Shown here: positions 45,198 to 56,083 of the stretch, piece after piece
Numbering within the stretch: the first letter of the stretch is position 1
Layout: every line of letters starts with the position of its first letter
Assembly: GCA_040261275.1 (NCBI GenBank)
Contig: JBDQOI010000012.1
Coordinates: 6,450 to 70,449, forward strand
Length of the DNA stretch: 64,000 bases
Reading direction: 5' to 3'
Source of the DNA: Flavobacteriales bacterium
GTDB taxonomy: Bacteria > Bacteroidota > Bacteroidia > Flavobacteriales_D > Sanyastnellaceae
Program-made: the position numbers and the translations under genes
The notes under the pieces: model-generated
What the model was told of the DNA's origin: nothing
The model's database searches: none
What the model saw: the letters and a program-made list of their open reading frames with translations, nothing else

Positions 45198-45283
45198 TAC
45201 CCGGAGCGGGACTTGAACCCGCACGACCCGTTTGGGTCAACAGAGTTTAAGTCTGTCGTGTCTACCAATTCCACCATCCGGGC
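45198..45283 (-). tRNA. tRNA-Leu (anticodon TAA), class II with a long variable arm
   Basis: The reverse complement GCCCGGATGGTGGAATTGGTAGACACGACAGACTTAAACTCTGTTGACCCAAACGGGTCGTGCGGGTTCAAGTCCCGCTCCGGGTA has anticodon loop CTTAAAC, a long extra arm and a GGTTCAAGTCC T-arm. Confidence 0.9.
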
Positions 45284-45324
45284 AGAACGGCGAAGTTCAG
45301 CATTGGCGATGGAATTCGGTAAGG

Positions 45325-45804
45325 CTATTCCAAGTGATCGGAGACCCAGCACGTTCCCGACCAAACCAGCTCTGCAAAAATGCCGTTGGTCTCGTACTGC
45401 CTCGCGAGCGTGAGCCAGTTGCCCACGGAATCCTGCAGATAGACTTGCTGGTCATTCATATCGGGCTGTTTGGACACCGCCAAACGGAAGGACTGACCCG
45501 GATATTCGCCATCAGGCACCGTTACGTAGAGGTAAGGAAAGGTGAAATCTTCGGCGATGTAGAGGTCATATCCCAACGGCAGAATGCCGACGGTATCCGG
45601 ATCAAAATGAAGGACGGATGGACCCGTGAAAGGTGGATTGTAAGGCAGTCCATACACCGCCAAAACTGCGATGACATCTCCTGCACCGATGTTGCCGTCC
45701 CCGTTTGCATCGGGATTGAAGGCTTGCGCCTGGACTGCAGAGGCTAAAACCAAGGCCAATGTGACCCCAGCAGCGCGTAGACGAAGATGAGCTGTGCCCT
45801 TCAT
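45325..45804 (-). CDS. Small secreted protein with an N-terminal dockerin-like loop (paralogous tag to 43439-44095)
   Basis: 159 aa; signal peptide ending ASAVQAQA, then FNPDANGDGNIGAGDVIAVLAVYG (45649-45720). No family recognised for the rest. Confidence 0.6.
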   Translation of the reverse strand: MKGTAHLRLRAAGVTLALVLASAVQAQAFNPDANGDGNIGAGDVIAVLAVYGLPYNPPFTGPSVLHFDPDTVGILPLGYDLYIAEDFTFPYLYVTVPDGEYPGQSFRLAVSKQPDMNDQQVYLQDSVGNWLTLARQYETNGIFAELVWSGTCWVSDHLE

Positions 45805-45959
45805 TATAAGTTGCTTCGTCGCAATATATTATTAATTTAATTGCATTTTATATCCTTTTTGTAGGCGTAATCGGCGACCGGGTGGTCTGTTTTCCTCGCC
45901 CTTTTGGCCTTCACCACAGGCGCCCAGGGTCGGCTATCTTCGCACCACACAACGCGGAC

Positions 45960-47135
45960 ATGGTAAAGGATGCGCCCCTCCACATGGTGGACCTCAAGGG
46001 TCAGTATGCCCACATTCAGGAGCAGATTGACCATGCCGTCCTTGATGTCATCCGATCGGGCGCCTTCATTCAGGGGCCTGCGGTCAAGCATTTTGCCACT
46101 GACCTCGCCCATTGGATGGGTTCAACTCCGGATGAGCCGATTTATGTCATTCCCTGTGCCAATGGAACCGACGCCCTGCAGGCCGCCTTCATGGCGCTCG
46201 GCTTGGAACCCGGAGACGAGGTCATCACGCCGTCGTTCACTTACATCGCGACGGTGGAGGTCATCCAGCTGCTTCGGCTAAAGCCGGTCATGGTCGACGT
46301 GGATCCGCGCACTTTCAACATCGACACGGCGGCCGTGGAAGCGGCCATTACACCGCGCACCAAAGCCATCCTACCCGTCCACCTCTATGGACAGTGCGCC
46401 GATATGACCGCCATCTTGGACATCGCAGAAAGAAACGGATTATCCGTGGTGGAGGACACCGCACAAGCCATTGGCTCCGTGTGGAATCCAAATGGCGATT
46501 CGGCGGGGGGGGAAATGGCCGGCACCATGGGCAACATTGGTACGACGAGTTTTTTTCCGTCCAAGAATCTCGGTGGCTATGGAGACGGAGGGGCATGCTT
46601 TACCCGGGATGCGGCACTTGCGGAACGCTTGCGCATGATCTGCAACCACGGATCCAAGCAGCGCTATGAGCACGAGTTGATTGGCATGAACAGCCGGCTG
46701 GACAGCATACAGGCGGCCATCCTGGGGGTGAAGCTGCCGCATCTGAGCGGTTACAATGCCGCGCGGGTAGCTGCAGCGGACCGCTACGACGCCATGTTTG
46801 CCGACCATCCGCTGATTTCGACGCCCTTCCGCGACCCGCGTTCATCCCACGTTTTCCATCAATACACCCTGCAATTGGGTGCGGTGGGCGATGGGCCGGA
46901 AATGCGGGATGCCTTGGTTGCCCATTTGACCTCGGTGGGGGTTCCTTTCGGCATCTATTATCCAAAGCCAATTCACCGGCAAAAGGCTTTCATGGACTTC
47001 GATCAGTCCGCTGAAGGACTTGGCGTGACAGAGGATCTAACCCACGGGGTCTTCAGTTTGCCGTTGCTCACCGAACTTTCAATCGATTTGCAGACGCACA
47101 TCGCCGATGCCGTTCGCACGGGATTGAAGTCGTAA
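45960..47135 (+). CDS. DegT/DnrJ/EryC1/StrS-family PLP-dependent sugar aminotransferase (WbpE/WlbC-like)
   Basis: 391 aa from MVKDAPLHMVDLKGQY...; FFPSKNLGGYGDGG (PLP-lysine region). The longer track ORF from 45882 was trimmed. Confidence 0.85.
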   Translation: MVKDAPLHMVDLKGQYAHIQEQIDHAVLDVIRSGAFIQGPAVKHFATDLAHWMGSTPDEPIYVIPCANGTDALQAAFMALGLEPGDEVITPSFTYIATVEVIQLLRLKPVMVDVDPRTFNIDTAAVEAAITPRTKAILPVHLYGQCADMTAILDIAERNGLSVVEDTAQAIGSVWNPNGDSAGGEMAGTMGNIGTTSFFPSKNLGGYGDGGACFTRDAALAERLRMICNHGSKQRYEHELIGMNSRLDSIQAAILGVKLPHLSGYNAARVAAADRYDAMFADHPLISTPFRDPRSSHVFHQYTLQLGAVGDGPEMRDALVAHLTSVGVPFGIYYPKPIHRQKAFMDFDQSAEGLGVTEDLTHGVFSLPLLTELSIDLQTHIADAVRTGLKS

Positions 47136-47167
47136 TTTCGCGCGGGTACCCAAACACCCTTCCTGTC

Positions 47168-48478
47168 ATGAAAATCGCCGTTGTTGGAACCGGATATGTT
47201 GGTCTTGTGACCGGCACCTGTTTCGCCGAAACTGGAAATGACGTCATCTGCGTAGACATCGATGCGGCCAAGGTCGAGAAAATGCGCAACGGAGAGGTGC
47301 CCATTTACGAGCCCCATTTGGATGTGCTTTTCGAGCGCAACATCGCGGCTGGGCGACTGAGCTTCACCACCGACCTGGCCGAGGCCGTAGAGCCCGCCGA
47401 AGTGATTTTCCTCGCCCTTCCCACGCCTCCGGGTGAGGACGGCAGCGCCGACCTCAGCTACGTGCTGGGCGTGGCGGACCAGTTGGGAAAGATGATCACC
47501 GAATACAAGGTCATCGTGGACAAGAGCACGGTGCCGGTCGGGACGGCGGAGAAGGTGACGGCTGCGGTTGGGGCCAACGCCACCGTGGACTTTGACGTGG
47601 TGTCCAACCCGGAATTCCTGCGCGAGGGCTATGCGGTGGACGATTTCCTGAAGCCGGACCGCGTGGTGATCGGCGTGGGCAGCGACCGCGCCGAGGAGGT
47701 AATGACCCGCCTGTACAAGCCGTTCATTCGCCAAGGCAATCCGCTGATCGTCATGGACGAGCGCAGTGCGGAGCTCACCAAGTATGCGGCCAACAGCTTC
47801 CTCGCCACCAAGATCACGTTCATGAACGAGATCGCGAACTTCTGCGAGAAGGTCGGAGCGGACGTGGACAAGGTGCGCCGGGGCATGGGCACGGATACCC
47901 GGATCGGACCCCGCTTCCTCTTCCCGGGCATCGGATACGGCGGAAGCTGTTTCCCCAAGGACGTGCAGGCCTTGCACCGCAGCGGCCGCGAGGCAGACTT
48001 CGAATTCGAGATTCTCACCAGTGTGATGGACGTCAACGAACGCCAGAAGACGGTGCTCTTCGAGCCCCTCCTCAAGAAATTCAACGGCGACCTCAGTGGT
48101 GTGAAGATTGCGCTTTGGGGCCTCGCCTTCAAGCCGGAGACGGATGATATCCGCGAGGCTCCGGCGCTGTATATGATCGAGAAGCTACTCGATGCCGGTG
48201 CTTCCATCACCGCGTTCGACCCCGAAGCCATGGAGAATGTCCGCCAACGTGTGGGCGACCGCATTGCTTTCGCCGATGGCCAATACGCGGCCTTGGATGG
48301 AGCCGATGCCCTTCTCATCTGCACCGAGTGGCAGGTCTTCCGGACGCCCGACTTCGGACGCATGAAGGAGGCGATGAACAACCCCTTCATTTTTGACGGC
48401 CGCAACCTTTACGACGTGGATGACATGGCCGAAAAGGGCTGGGATTACGTTTCCATCGGTCGCCGCCCCTCCAGCTGA
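47168..48478 (+). CDS. ugd: UDP-glucose 6-dehydrogenase
   Basis: [25 protein letters not shown] (catalytic Cys); 436 aa. Confidence 0.92.
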   Translation: MKIAVVGTGYVGLVTGTCFAETGNDVICVDIDAAKVEKMRNGEVPIYEPHLDVLFERNIAAGRLSFTTDLAEAVEPAEVIFLALPTPPGEDGSADLSYVLGVADQLGKMITEYKVIVDKSTVPVGTAEKVTAAVGANATVDFDVVSNPEFLREGYAVDDFLKPDRVVIGVGSDRAEEVMTRLYKPFIRQGNPLIVMDERSAELTKYAANSFLATKITFMNEIANFCEKVGADVDKVRRGMGTDTRIGPRFLFPGIGYGGSCFPKDVQALHRSGREADFEFEILTSVMDVNERQKTVLFEPLLKKFNGDLSGVKIALWGLAFKPETDDIREAPALYMIEKLLDAGASITAFDPEAMENVRQRVGDRIAFADGQYAALDGADALLICTEWQVFRTPDFGRMKEAMNNPFIFDGRNLYDVDDMAEKGWDYVSIGRRPSS

Positions 48479-48483
48479 ACTCC

Positions 48484-49467
48484 ATGAAGCGCGTCCTCAT
48501 CACCGGTGCGGCCGGATTCCTCGGCTCCCACCTTTGCGACCGCTTCATCGCGGAAGGCTACCATGTCTTGGGCATGGACAACCTCATCACGGGGGACCTT
48601 CGCAACATCGAACACCTGACAGGGCTGGACCGGTTCGAATTCCACCACCACGACGTCAGCCAATTCATCCACGTCAAGGGCGATTTGGACTACATCCTCC
48701 ACTTTGCCTCTCCAGCGAGTCCCATCGACTACCTGAAGATTCCCATTCAGACCTTGAAAGTGGGGTCACTGGGGGTACACAATTGCCTTGGGCTCGCGAA
48801 GGCCAAGGGCGCACGCATGCTCATCGCCAGCACAAGCGAAGTTTACGGCGACCCGGAAGTGCACCCCCAGCACGAGGAGTACTGGGGCCATGTCAATCCG
48901 GTCGGACCGCGCGGGGTGTACGACGAAGCCAAGCGTTTTCAAGAGGCAATGACGATGGCGTACCACACCTATCACGAATTGGAGACCCGCATCGTTCGGA
49001 TTTTCAATACCTACGGGCCGCGGATGCGCCTCAATGACGGCCGTGTACTGCCCGCCTTCATCGGCCAGGCCTTGCGCGGGGAGGACCTCACCGTTTTTGG
49101 GGATGGCAGCCAGACCCGTAGTTTCTGCTACGTGGACGACCTCGTGGAGGGCATTTATCGGTTGTTGCTGTCCGATGAAGTGCGGCCGGTCAATGTGGGC
49201 AACCCCGACGAAATCACCATTGCCGACTTCGCTGAGGAGATCATTGCCTTGACGGGAACCGACCAAAAGGTCATCTACAAGCCGCTTCCCACGGACGATC
49301 CCAAACAGCGCCGGCCGGACATCAGCCGCGCCAAGGAGATTTTGGGCTGGTCGCCCAAAGTGGGGCGTGCGGAGGGCCTCGCCATCACCTACGACTACTT
49401 CAAGGGACTCTCCGAGGAGGACTTGAGAAAGACCGAGCACAAGGATTTCACATCCTACAGCAAATGA
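48484..49467 (+). CDS. UDP-glucuronate decarboxylase (UDP-xylose synthase)-like SDR
   Basis: [24 protein letters not shown] and YDEAKR with the typical UXS layout, directly after ugd. Confidence 0.8.
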   Translation: MKRVLITGAAGFLGSHLCDRFIAEGYHVLGMDNLITGDLRNIEHLTGLDRFEFHHHDVSQFIHVKGDLDYILHFASPASPIDYLKIPIQTLKVGSLGVHNCLGLAKAKGARMLIASTSEVYGDPEVHPQHEEYWGHVNPVGPRGVYDEAKRFQEAMTMAYHTYHELETRIVRIFNTYGPRMRLNDGRVLPAFIGQALRGEDLTVFGDGSQTRSFCYVDDLVEGIYRLLLSDEVRPVNVGNPDEITIADFAEEIIALTGTDQKVIYKPLPTDDPKQRRPDISRAKEILGWSPKVGRAEGLAITYDYFKGLSEEDLRKTEHKDFTSYSK

Positions 49468-50062
49468 CGGAGCGGGGCGCGCACACAGACTGGTTCGCCC
49501 ACGAATCTGCTGTAATCGATCCGGGTTGCAGCATCGGTACGGGATGCAAAATCTGGCACTTCAGTCACATCATGCCCGGGGCTGTCCTGGGAGAAGGCTG
49601 CAACATCGGCCAGAACGTGGTCATCAGTCCCGATGTGGTGCTGGGCCGCAACTGTAAGGTCCAGAACAACGTCAGCCTCTACACTGGGGTGACCTGTGAA
49701 GACGATGTGTTCCTCGGACCGTCTTGCGTTTTCACCAACATCACCAATCCGCGGAGTGCGGTGGTGCGGCGCGGCCAATACGCCCGGACCCAAGTCGGTC
49801 GCGGGGCCTCCATTGGTGCCAATGCCACCATCGTGTGCGGCCATGACATCGGCGCCTATGCCTTCATCGGTGCGGGTGCGGTGGTGACCAAGGATGTGCC
49901 GCCCTACGCCTTGGTCGTGGGCAATCCCGCGCAGCACGTCGGCTGGATGAGCGCCTTTGGACATCGATTGGAATTTGACGAAGCCGGAAGGGCGACATGC
50001 CCGGAATCCGGCGAAGCCTTCGAACTTGTGGACAGCAAAGTCCGTCCCCTATCTACCACAGC

Positions 50063-50066
<4 letters not shown>
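49464..50066 (+). CDS. Left-handed beta-helix N-acetyltransferase, WbpD/WlbB-like
   Basis: Hexapeptide repeats. [23 protein letters not shown]...[11 protein letters not shown]...[13 protein letters not shown] closely parallels WlbB/WbpD as I recall them. Confidence 0.78.
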
Positions 50067-51376
<1,310 letters not shown>

Positions 51377-51377
51377 T

Positions 51378-52460
51378 ATGGCTGAAAGCGTACACAACCC
51401 TAAAGTCCTGTTGGTCACCGGCGGCGCCGGGTTCATCGGTTCGCACGTGGTGCGGCGTTGGGTCATCCGCCACCCTGAAGTGCGCGTGATCAACCTCGAC
51501 TCCCTTACCTACGCTGGAAACCTCGCCAACCTCAAAGACCTCGAGGGAGCGCCCAACCACCGCTTCGTCAAGATGGACATCCGCGATACGGAAGGGGTGA
51601 CGGCCTTGATGCGCGAGGAAAACGTGGACTCCGTGATGCACCTCGCGGCGGAGAGCCACGTCGACCGGAGCATCTCCGGCCCGATGGCTTTCTTGGAAAC
51701 CAACATCATGGGTACGGCTTCCATGCTGTCCGCCGCGCGTGCTGCCTGGTCCGAGTCGGAAGGCGGTTTCAAAGGCAAGCGGTTCCACCACGTCTCCACC
51801 GACGAAGTCTATGGCTCACTGGGTGCAGAGGGCTTCTTCACCGAGGACACGGCTTACGACCCACGGAGTCCCTACAGCTCATCCAAAGCAGCAAGCGACC
51901 ACATCGTAAGGGCCTGGTACCACACGTACGGAATGCCGGTGGTGCTGTCGAACTGCTCCAACAATTACGGATCGTACCAATTCCCGGAGAAGCTGATTCC
52001 GCTCTTCATCCGCAACGCCGTGCAGAAGAAGCCGCTTCCCGTCTACGGGAAGGGGGTCAACGTGCGCGACTGGCTGTGGGTGGAGGACCATGCCGCCGCC
52101 CTTGAGGTCATCATCACCACCGGCTCCGATGGGGAGACCTACAACATTGGCGGGGAGAACGAATGGCGCAACATCGACCTCATCCAGCTCATGTGCCGCC
52201 AGCTCGACGCCAAACTGGGCCGAGCTGAAGGAGAGACCGAGGAGCTCATCACCTACGTCACGGACCGCGCCGGCCACGATATGCGCTATGCCATCGATCC
52301 GACCAAGCTTCGGGAGGACCTCGGATGGCGCCCGTCCATCACCTTCGAGGAAGGACTGGCCAAGACCATCGATTGGTACCTGGAAAACGACGCCTGGCTC
52401 GAGGAAGTCACGAGTGGGGCTTACCGCGATTACTACGACCAGCAATACGGGGACCGCTGA
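51378..52460 (+). CDS. rfbB: dTDP-glucose 4,6-dehydratase
   Basis: LVTGGAGFIGSH, HLAAESHVDRS, STDEVYG, YSSSKAASD. Confidence 0.93.
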   Translation: MAESVHNPKVLLVTGGAGFIGSHVVRRWVIRHPEVRVINLDSLTYAGNLANLKDLEGAPNHRFVKMDIRDTEGVTALMREENVDSVMHLAAESHVDRSISGPMAFLETNIMGTASMLSAARAAWSESEGGFKGKRFHHVSTDEVYGSLGAEGFFTEDTAYDPRSPYSSSKAASDHIVRAWYHTYGMPVVLSNCSNNYGSYQFPEKLIPLFIRNAVQKKPLPVYGKGVNVRDWLWVEDHAAALEVIITTGSDGETYNIGGENEWRNIDLIQLMCRQLDAKLGRAEGETEELITYVTDRAGHDMRYAIDPTKLREDLGWRPSITFEEGLAKTIDWYLENDAWLEEVTSGAYRDYYDQQYGDR

Positions 52461-53224
52461 TGGGTTGGCTGTCGCGTTGGTTCGGGGGCAAGGACAATGC
52501 CAAGGAGGCCCAATGTGAGCCCATCGACCTGTCGGTTTTCCGGATTGACTACCACAGCCATATGGTTCCGGGTGTGGACGATGGCGCCCAGACCTTGGAG
52601 GAATCCCTCGAGATGATCGACGCCCTCGTCTCCCTCGGTTACGAGGGGGCCGTGACCACGCCGCATGTCTACCCCGGCATGTACCCCAACACCCCGGAAA
52701 CCCTGCGCCCTCCTTTCGGGCAACTGCAGGCGGCCGTGGCGCAGCGACACCCCGGCTTCCAATTGGCACTCGGGGCCGAGTACTTTCTGGACGACAGCCT
52801 GCTCGACGCCGTCAAATCGAACCGCGAATTGCTCACGCCGGGCGGTCGGCTGCTGTTCGAGTTGGCCTTTGTCGAGCCGCCGGACGCCGGACTGCTCCAG
52901 GAATTCCTCTTCGAAGTCCAGATGAAGGGTCTCACTCCGGTGATGGCGCACATCGAGCGCTACCCGTACTGGCACAATGAGCTGCACCGTTTCGAAGAAT
53001 GGCACGAGCAAGGGGTCACCCTGCAAGTCAATGCGGCCTCCATTGTTGGTGCCTACGGCCCTGAAATCCAAGAGGCTGCGGAGCAATGCATCGAGAAAGG
53101 GTGGGTCAGCATCCTCGGTACAGATGCCCATGGTATGCGCCACATCGATGCCCTGCATGCTTCACGGACGCATCCGGCCGTCCACACATTGGCCCGGCAG
53201 GCCAAGAATCCGAAACTGCTCTGA
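52460..53224 (+). CDS. CpsB/CapC-type PHP-family protein-tyrosine phosphatase
   Basis: 254 aa from MGWLSRWFGG...; IDYHSHMVPGVDDG, TPH, HIERY and GTDAHG metal-binding motifs. TGATG overlap with rfbB. Confidence 0.8.
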   Translation: MGWLSRWFGGKDNAKEAQCEPIDLSVFRIDYHSHMVPGVDDGAQTLEESLEMIDALVSLGYEGAVTTPHVYPGMYPNTPETLRPPFGQLQAAVAQRHPGFQLALGAEYFLDDSLLDAVKSNRELLTPGGRLLFELAFVEPPDAGLLQEFLFEVQMKGLTPVMAHIERYPYWHNELHRFEEWHEQGVTLQVNAASIVGAYGPEIQEAAEQCIEKGWVSILGTDAHGMRHIDALHASRTHPAVHTLARQAKNPKLL

Positions 53225-53273
53225 AGCGAAACGCATCGCCTGCCGCTCACAAAGGCGTGTGACGATGGGGCGG

Positions 53274-53600
53274 TCAGCCCACCGGGGCGAGGCGGATGAC
53301 GATGCCGTCCATGTCGTCCTTCAAATGCAACTGGCACCCAAGGCGGCTGTTGTCCTCCACGTGGAAGGCCTCGTCCAGCATGTCCTCCTCGTCATCCGAC
53401 TTCTCAGCCAGATCTGCCGAAGCGGCATCCTGAACATAACAGTGACAGCTCGCGCACATGGCCATGCCGCCGCACATGCCCTCAACGGGCAATTCTGCGC
53501 TCTTGCACAGTTCCATGACGTTCATATTCATGTCGGTGGGAGCCTCCAGTTCGTGGGAGACGCCTTCCCTGTCGATGACGGTGACGCGGATGATGGACAT
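53274..53600 (-). CDS. 2Fe-2S ferredoxin (adrenodoxin/putidaredoxin type)
   Basis: 108 aa from MSIIRVTVIDREG...; Cys ligands in GMCGGMAMCASCHC and ...RLGCQ. The longer track ORF was trimmed. Confidence 0.88.
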   Translation of the reverse strand: MSIIRVTVIDREGVSHELEAPTDMNMNVMELCKSAELPVEGMCGGMAMCASCHCYVQDAASADLAEKSDDEEDMLDEAFHVEDNSRLGCQLHLKDDMDGIVIRLAPVG

Positions 53601-53602
53601 GG

Positions 53603-54610
53603 TCAGAATCCGTTGACTCCATTGACCGTCGTGTACTTGAGCACGAGGTTCTTGTCGGGGTAAATGCGCTTGAAGGCACTCTGCACCATCAGGGTGGCCT
53701 CGTGGAAGCCACAGAGGATGAGCTTGAGCTTTCCCGGATAGGTGTTGATGTCGCCGATGGCGTATATGCCGTCGACGCTGGTGCTGTAATCGAAGGTGTC
53801 GACCTCGATGGCGTTCTTGGAGATGTTGAGGTTCCAATCCGCTATGGGCCCGAGCTTGGGGCTGAGGCCGAACAACGGAACCCAGTGGTCGGTCTCGAGG
53901 CGAATTTCACCTTCAGTCTTGTGCTTTACGGTCACGCCTTCGAGCTTTTCCTCTCCGTCCACACCTACCACTTCGCCGTTGGTGAGCAGTCGGATTTTGC
54001 CCTCCGCCGCCATATCCAGCACCTTCTGTACGCTGTCCGGGTGGCCGCGGAAGCCTTCTCGGCGGTGCACCAAGGTGACCTCGGAGGCCACGCCGTCAGC
54101 GAGGAAGTTGGTCCAGTCCAGGGCGCTGTCTCCACCGCCGCTGATGACCACCTTCTTTCCGCGGTAAAACTCGGGGTCCTTGATGATGTATTCCACGCCG
54201 CGGTCCTCATACTCCTCCAGACGGTCCACCGGTGGCTTGCGCGGCTCGAAACAGCCGAGGCCACCTGCGATGGCAATGATGGGCGCGCGGTGGACGGTGC
54301 CGCGGTTGGTCGTCACGATGAAGTGGTCCTCGTCGTCCTTGACGATGGTCTCGGCCCGCTCACCCAGCGTGAATCCCGGCTTGAATGGCGCCGCCTGTTC
54401 CATCAGCCGGTCCACGAGGTCGCCCGCCAGGATCTCCGGGTAGGCGGGGATGTCGAAGATGGGCTTCTTGGGATAAATCTCGGCGCATTGGCCTCCGGCC
54501 TGTGGCAAGGCGTCAATGAGGTGGCACTTGAGCTTGAGCAGGCCCGCTTCGAATACGGTAAACAGACCGCAAGGTCCCGCTCCGATGATGAGGATGTCCG
54601 TCTGGATCAT
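53603..54610 (-). CDS. Thioredoxin-reductase-like ferredoxin--NADP(+) reductase
   Basis: ILIIGAGPCGLF FAD site, GGGDSALDW NADPH site; about 335 aa, as in the YumC/TRLF FNR family. ATG at 54610. Confidence 0.82.
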   Translation of the reverse strand: MIQTDILIIGAGPCGLFTVFEAGLLKLKCHLIDALPQAGGQCAEIYPKKPIFDIPAYPEILAGDLVDRLMEQAAPFKPGFTLGERAETIVKDDEDHFIVTTNRGTVHRAPIIAIAGGLGCFEPRKPPVDRLEEYEDRGVEYIIKDPEFYRGKKVVISGGGDSALDWTNFLADGVASEVTLVHRREGFRGHPDSVQKVLDMAAEGKIRLLTNGEVVGVDGEEKLEGVTVKHKTEGEIRLETDHWVPLFGLSPKLGPIADWNLNISKNAIEVDTFDYSTSVDGIYAIGDINTYPGKLKLILCGFHEATLMVQSAFKRIYPDKNLVLKYTTVNGVNGF

Positions 54611-54677
54611 GATCGTTTGCGCGGCGAAGGTAGTTTCCACGCCGGCTGCCATGGCAACAACGGCAAAGGCCGTGTGT

Positions 54678-54947
54678 TCACCCCACCGACGAAGTCGGCA
54701 TGTTGACCGCGACGACCTCCTTGACTTCAGGAACCACGCGGCGTACGGCCTCTTCCACTCCGGCGCGCATGGTCATCGCCGCTTGGGCGCAATGGGCGCA
54801 GGCTCCCTGGAGCTCCACTTCCACGACGAGATCCTCCCTCACGTTGAGCACGGTGATGTCTCCACCGTCCGACCGGAGGAAGGGCCGAAGCTCGTCGAGG
54901 GCGCGGTCAATGCGCTCCACAAGGTCCATTGTGGAATCAGCGGTCAT
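54678..54947 (-). CDS. NifU C-terminal-domain (Nfu-like) Fe-S assembly protein
   Basis: LRSDGGDITVLNV...LQGACAHCAQAAMT (CxxC); 89 aa. Confidence 0.85.
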   Translation of the reverse strand: MTADSTMDLVERIDRALDELRPFLRSDGGDITVLNVREDLVVEVELQGACAHCAQAAMTMRAGVEEAVRRVVPEVKEVVAVNMPTSSVG

Positions 54948-56080
54948 GAAGGCGAATTTACGGCGGGTGACGCGGAAGCAGGTGGTGGGTCCGGCGCGGG
55001 CGCATCGGCAAGCACATCAAGCATCCGGTCCGTCAGGCTGGCGATGGCCCGGGCCGCCTCGGTCCCTTGCTGAAGGGCCGCAGGCCGGCCAACATCTCCG
55101 GCCTCGCGAATGGCTTGCACCAGTGGCAACTCGCCGAGGAAGGGCGTACCGGAAGCTTCTGCATACCGCTTCACGCCATCGCGGCCGAAGAGGTGGTACT
55201 TGCGGTCCGGCAAATCCGGTGGGGTGAAGTACGCCATGTTCTCCACGAGCCCAAGCACCGGTACGTTGATGCTGTCCAGCTGGAACATGGAGACCCCCTT
55301 CCGGGCGTCCGCCAAGGCGATGTCCTGGGGCGTGCTGACGACGACCACTCCGCTCAACGGAACGAGCTGCACCAGCGACAGGTGCACATCACCGGTGCCC
55401 GGAGGCAGGTCGATGAGCATGTAGTCCAGTTCGCCCCAATCTCCATCCGTAAACAACTGCCCCAACGCTTTTGAGGCCATGGGGCCGCGCCATACGATGG
55501 CCTGATCGGGATCGGCAAAGAAGCCAATGCTCAACATCTTCACCCCGTGGGCCTCAACGGGTCCGATCATGGATTTCCCACCCTTCTCCACCGGCAAGGG
55601 CTTCTCGCGCACCACATCGAACATGGTCGGCATGCTCGGACCGTGGATGTCCGCATCGACCAGGCCCACCTTGTGTCCGCGACGGGCGAGTTCCACAGCA
55701 ATATTGGCGGTGACCGTGCTCTTGCCCACGCCTCCCTTGCCACTGGCGATCGCGATGATGTGCTTGACCCCGGGCAACACCTTGCGGGTCTCCAGTGTGC
55801 GTTCGTTGCTGCCGATGGGCACCACCTCCACTTCCGCCGAAATGTCAACGCCTTCGCGCGTACCGAGCTTCTCCAGTGCGAACTCTGCTGCCTCCTTCAT
55901 CCGTTGACGGGCATGCATGGCGGGACTGCTGGACTTGACACGCACCCTGACCTTCCATTGGTTCTCGGTCTCTTCCACTGAAAGGACTTCGGCCAACTCG
56001 AGGGTGACGATGTCCTTACCGAGTTCGGGTTCCACCACGCCTCCCAGTGCCTCGAGGATATGCTGAGTTGTCAATGCCAT
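54944..56080 (-). CDS. Mrp/NBP35 (ApbC) family Fe-S cluster carrier ATPase
   Basis: N-terminal DUF59-like domain, the deviant Walker A SGKGGVGKST and the rest of the ParA-like fold. Confidence 0.9.
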   Translation of the reverse strand: MALTTQHILEALGGVVEPELGKDIVTLELAEVLSVEETENQWKVRVRVKSSSPAMHARQRMKEAAEFALEKLGTREGVDISAEVEVVPIGSNERTLETRKVLPGVKHIIAIASGKGGVGKSTVTANIAVELARRGHKVGLVDADIHGPSMPTMFDVVREKPLPVEKGGKSMIGPVEAHGVKMLSIGFFADPDQAIVWRGPMASKALGQLFTDGDWGELDYMLIDLPPGTGDVHLSLVQLVPLSGVVVVSTPQDIALADARKGVSMFQLDSINVPVLGLVENMAYFTPPDLPDRKYHLFGRDGVKRYAEASGTPFLGELPLVQAIREAGDVGRPAALQQGTEAARAIASLTDRMLDVLADAPAPDPPPASASPAVNSPS

Positions 56081-56083
56081 GGT

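Noticed and set aside
36077-45283. Classical integrative element or genomic island (tRNA-flanked)
   Set aside because: No integrase, recombinase, transposase, conjugation or phage genes, and no duplicated tRNA 3-prime fragment was seen. Only the 43.4-45.0 kb part is compositionally odd. It is therefore reported as a locus, not as a mobile element.
36305-45804. Cohesin-like partner for the dockerin-like modules
   Set aside because: I looked for a multi-repeat beta-sandwich scaffold gene in and around the locus. None of the ORFs has a recognisable cohesin pattern, so no partner is claimed.
45805-45959. AT-rich divergent intergenic region as a specific promoter pair
   Set aside because: TATCTTCG (45935-45942) lies upstream of DegT and TATATTG-like boxes occur on the minus strand. 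No properly spaced TTG -33 element was found, so this is not listed as a feature.
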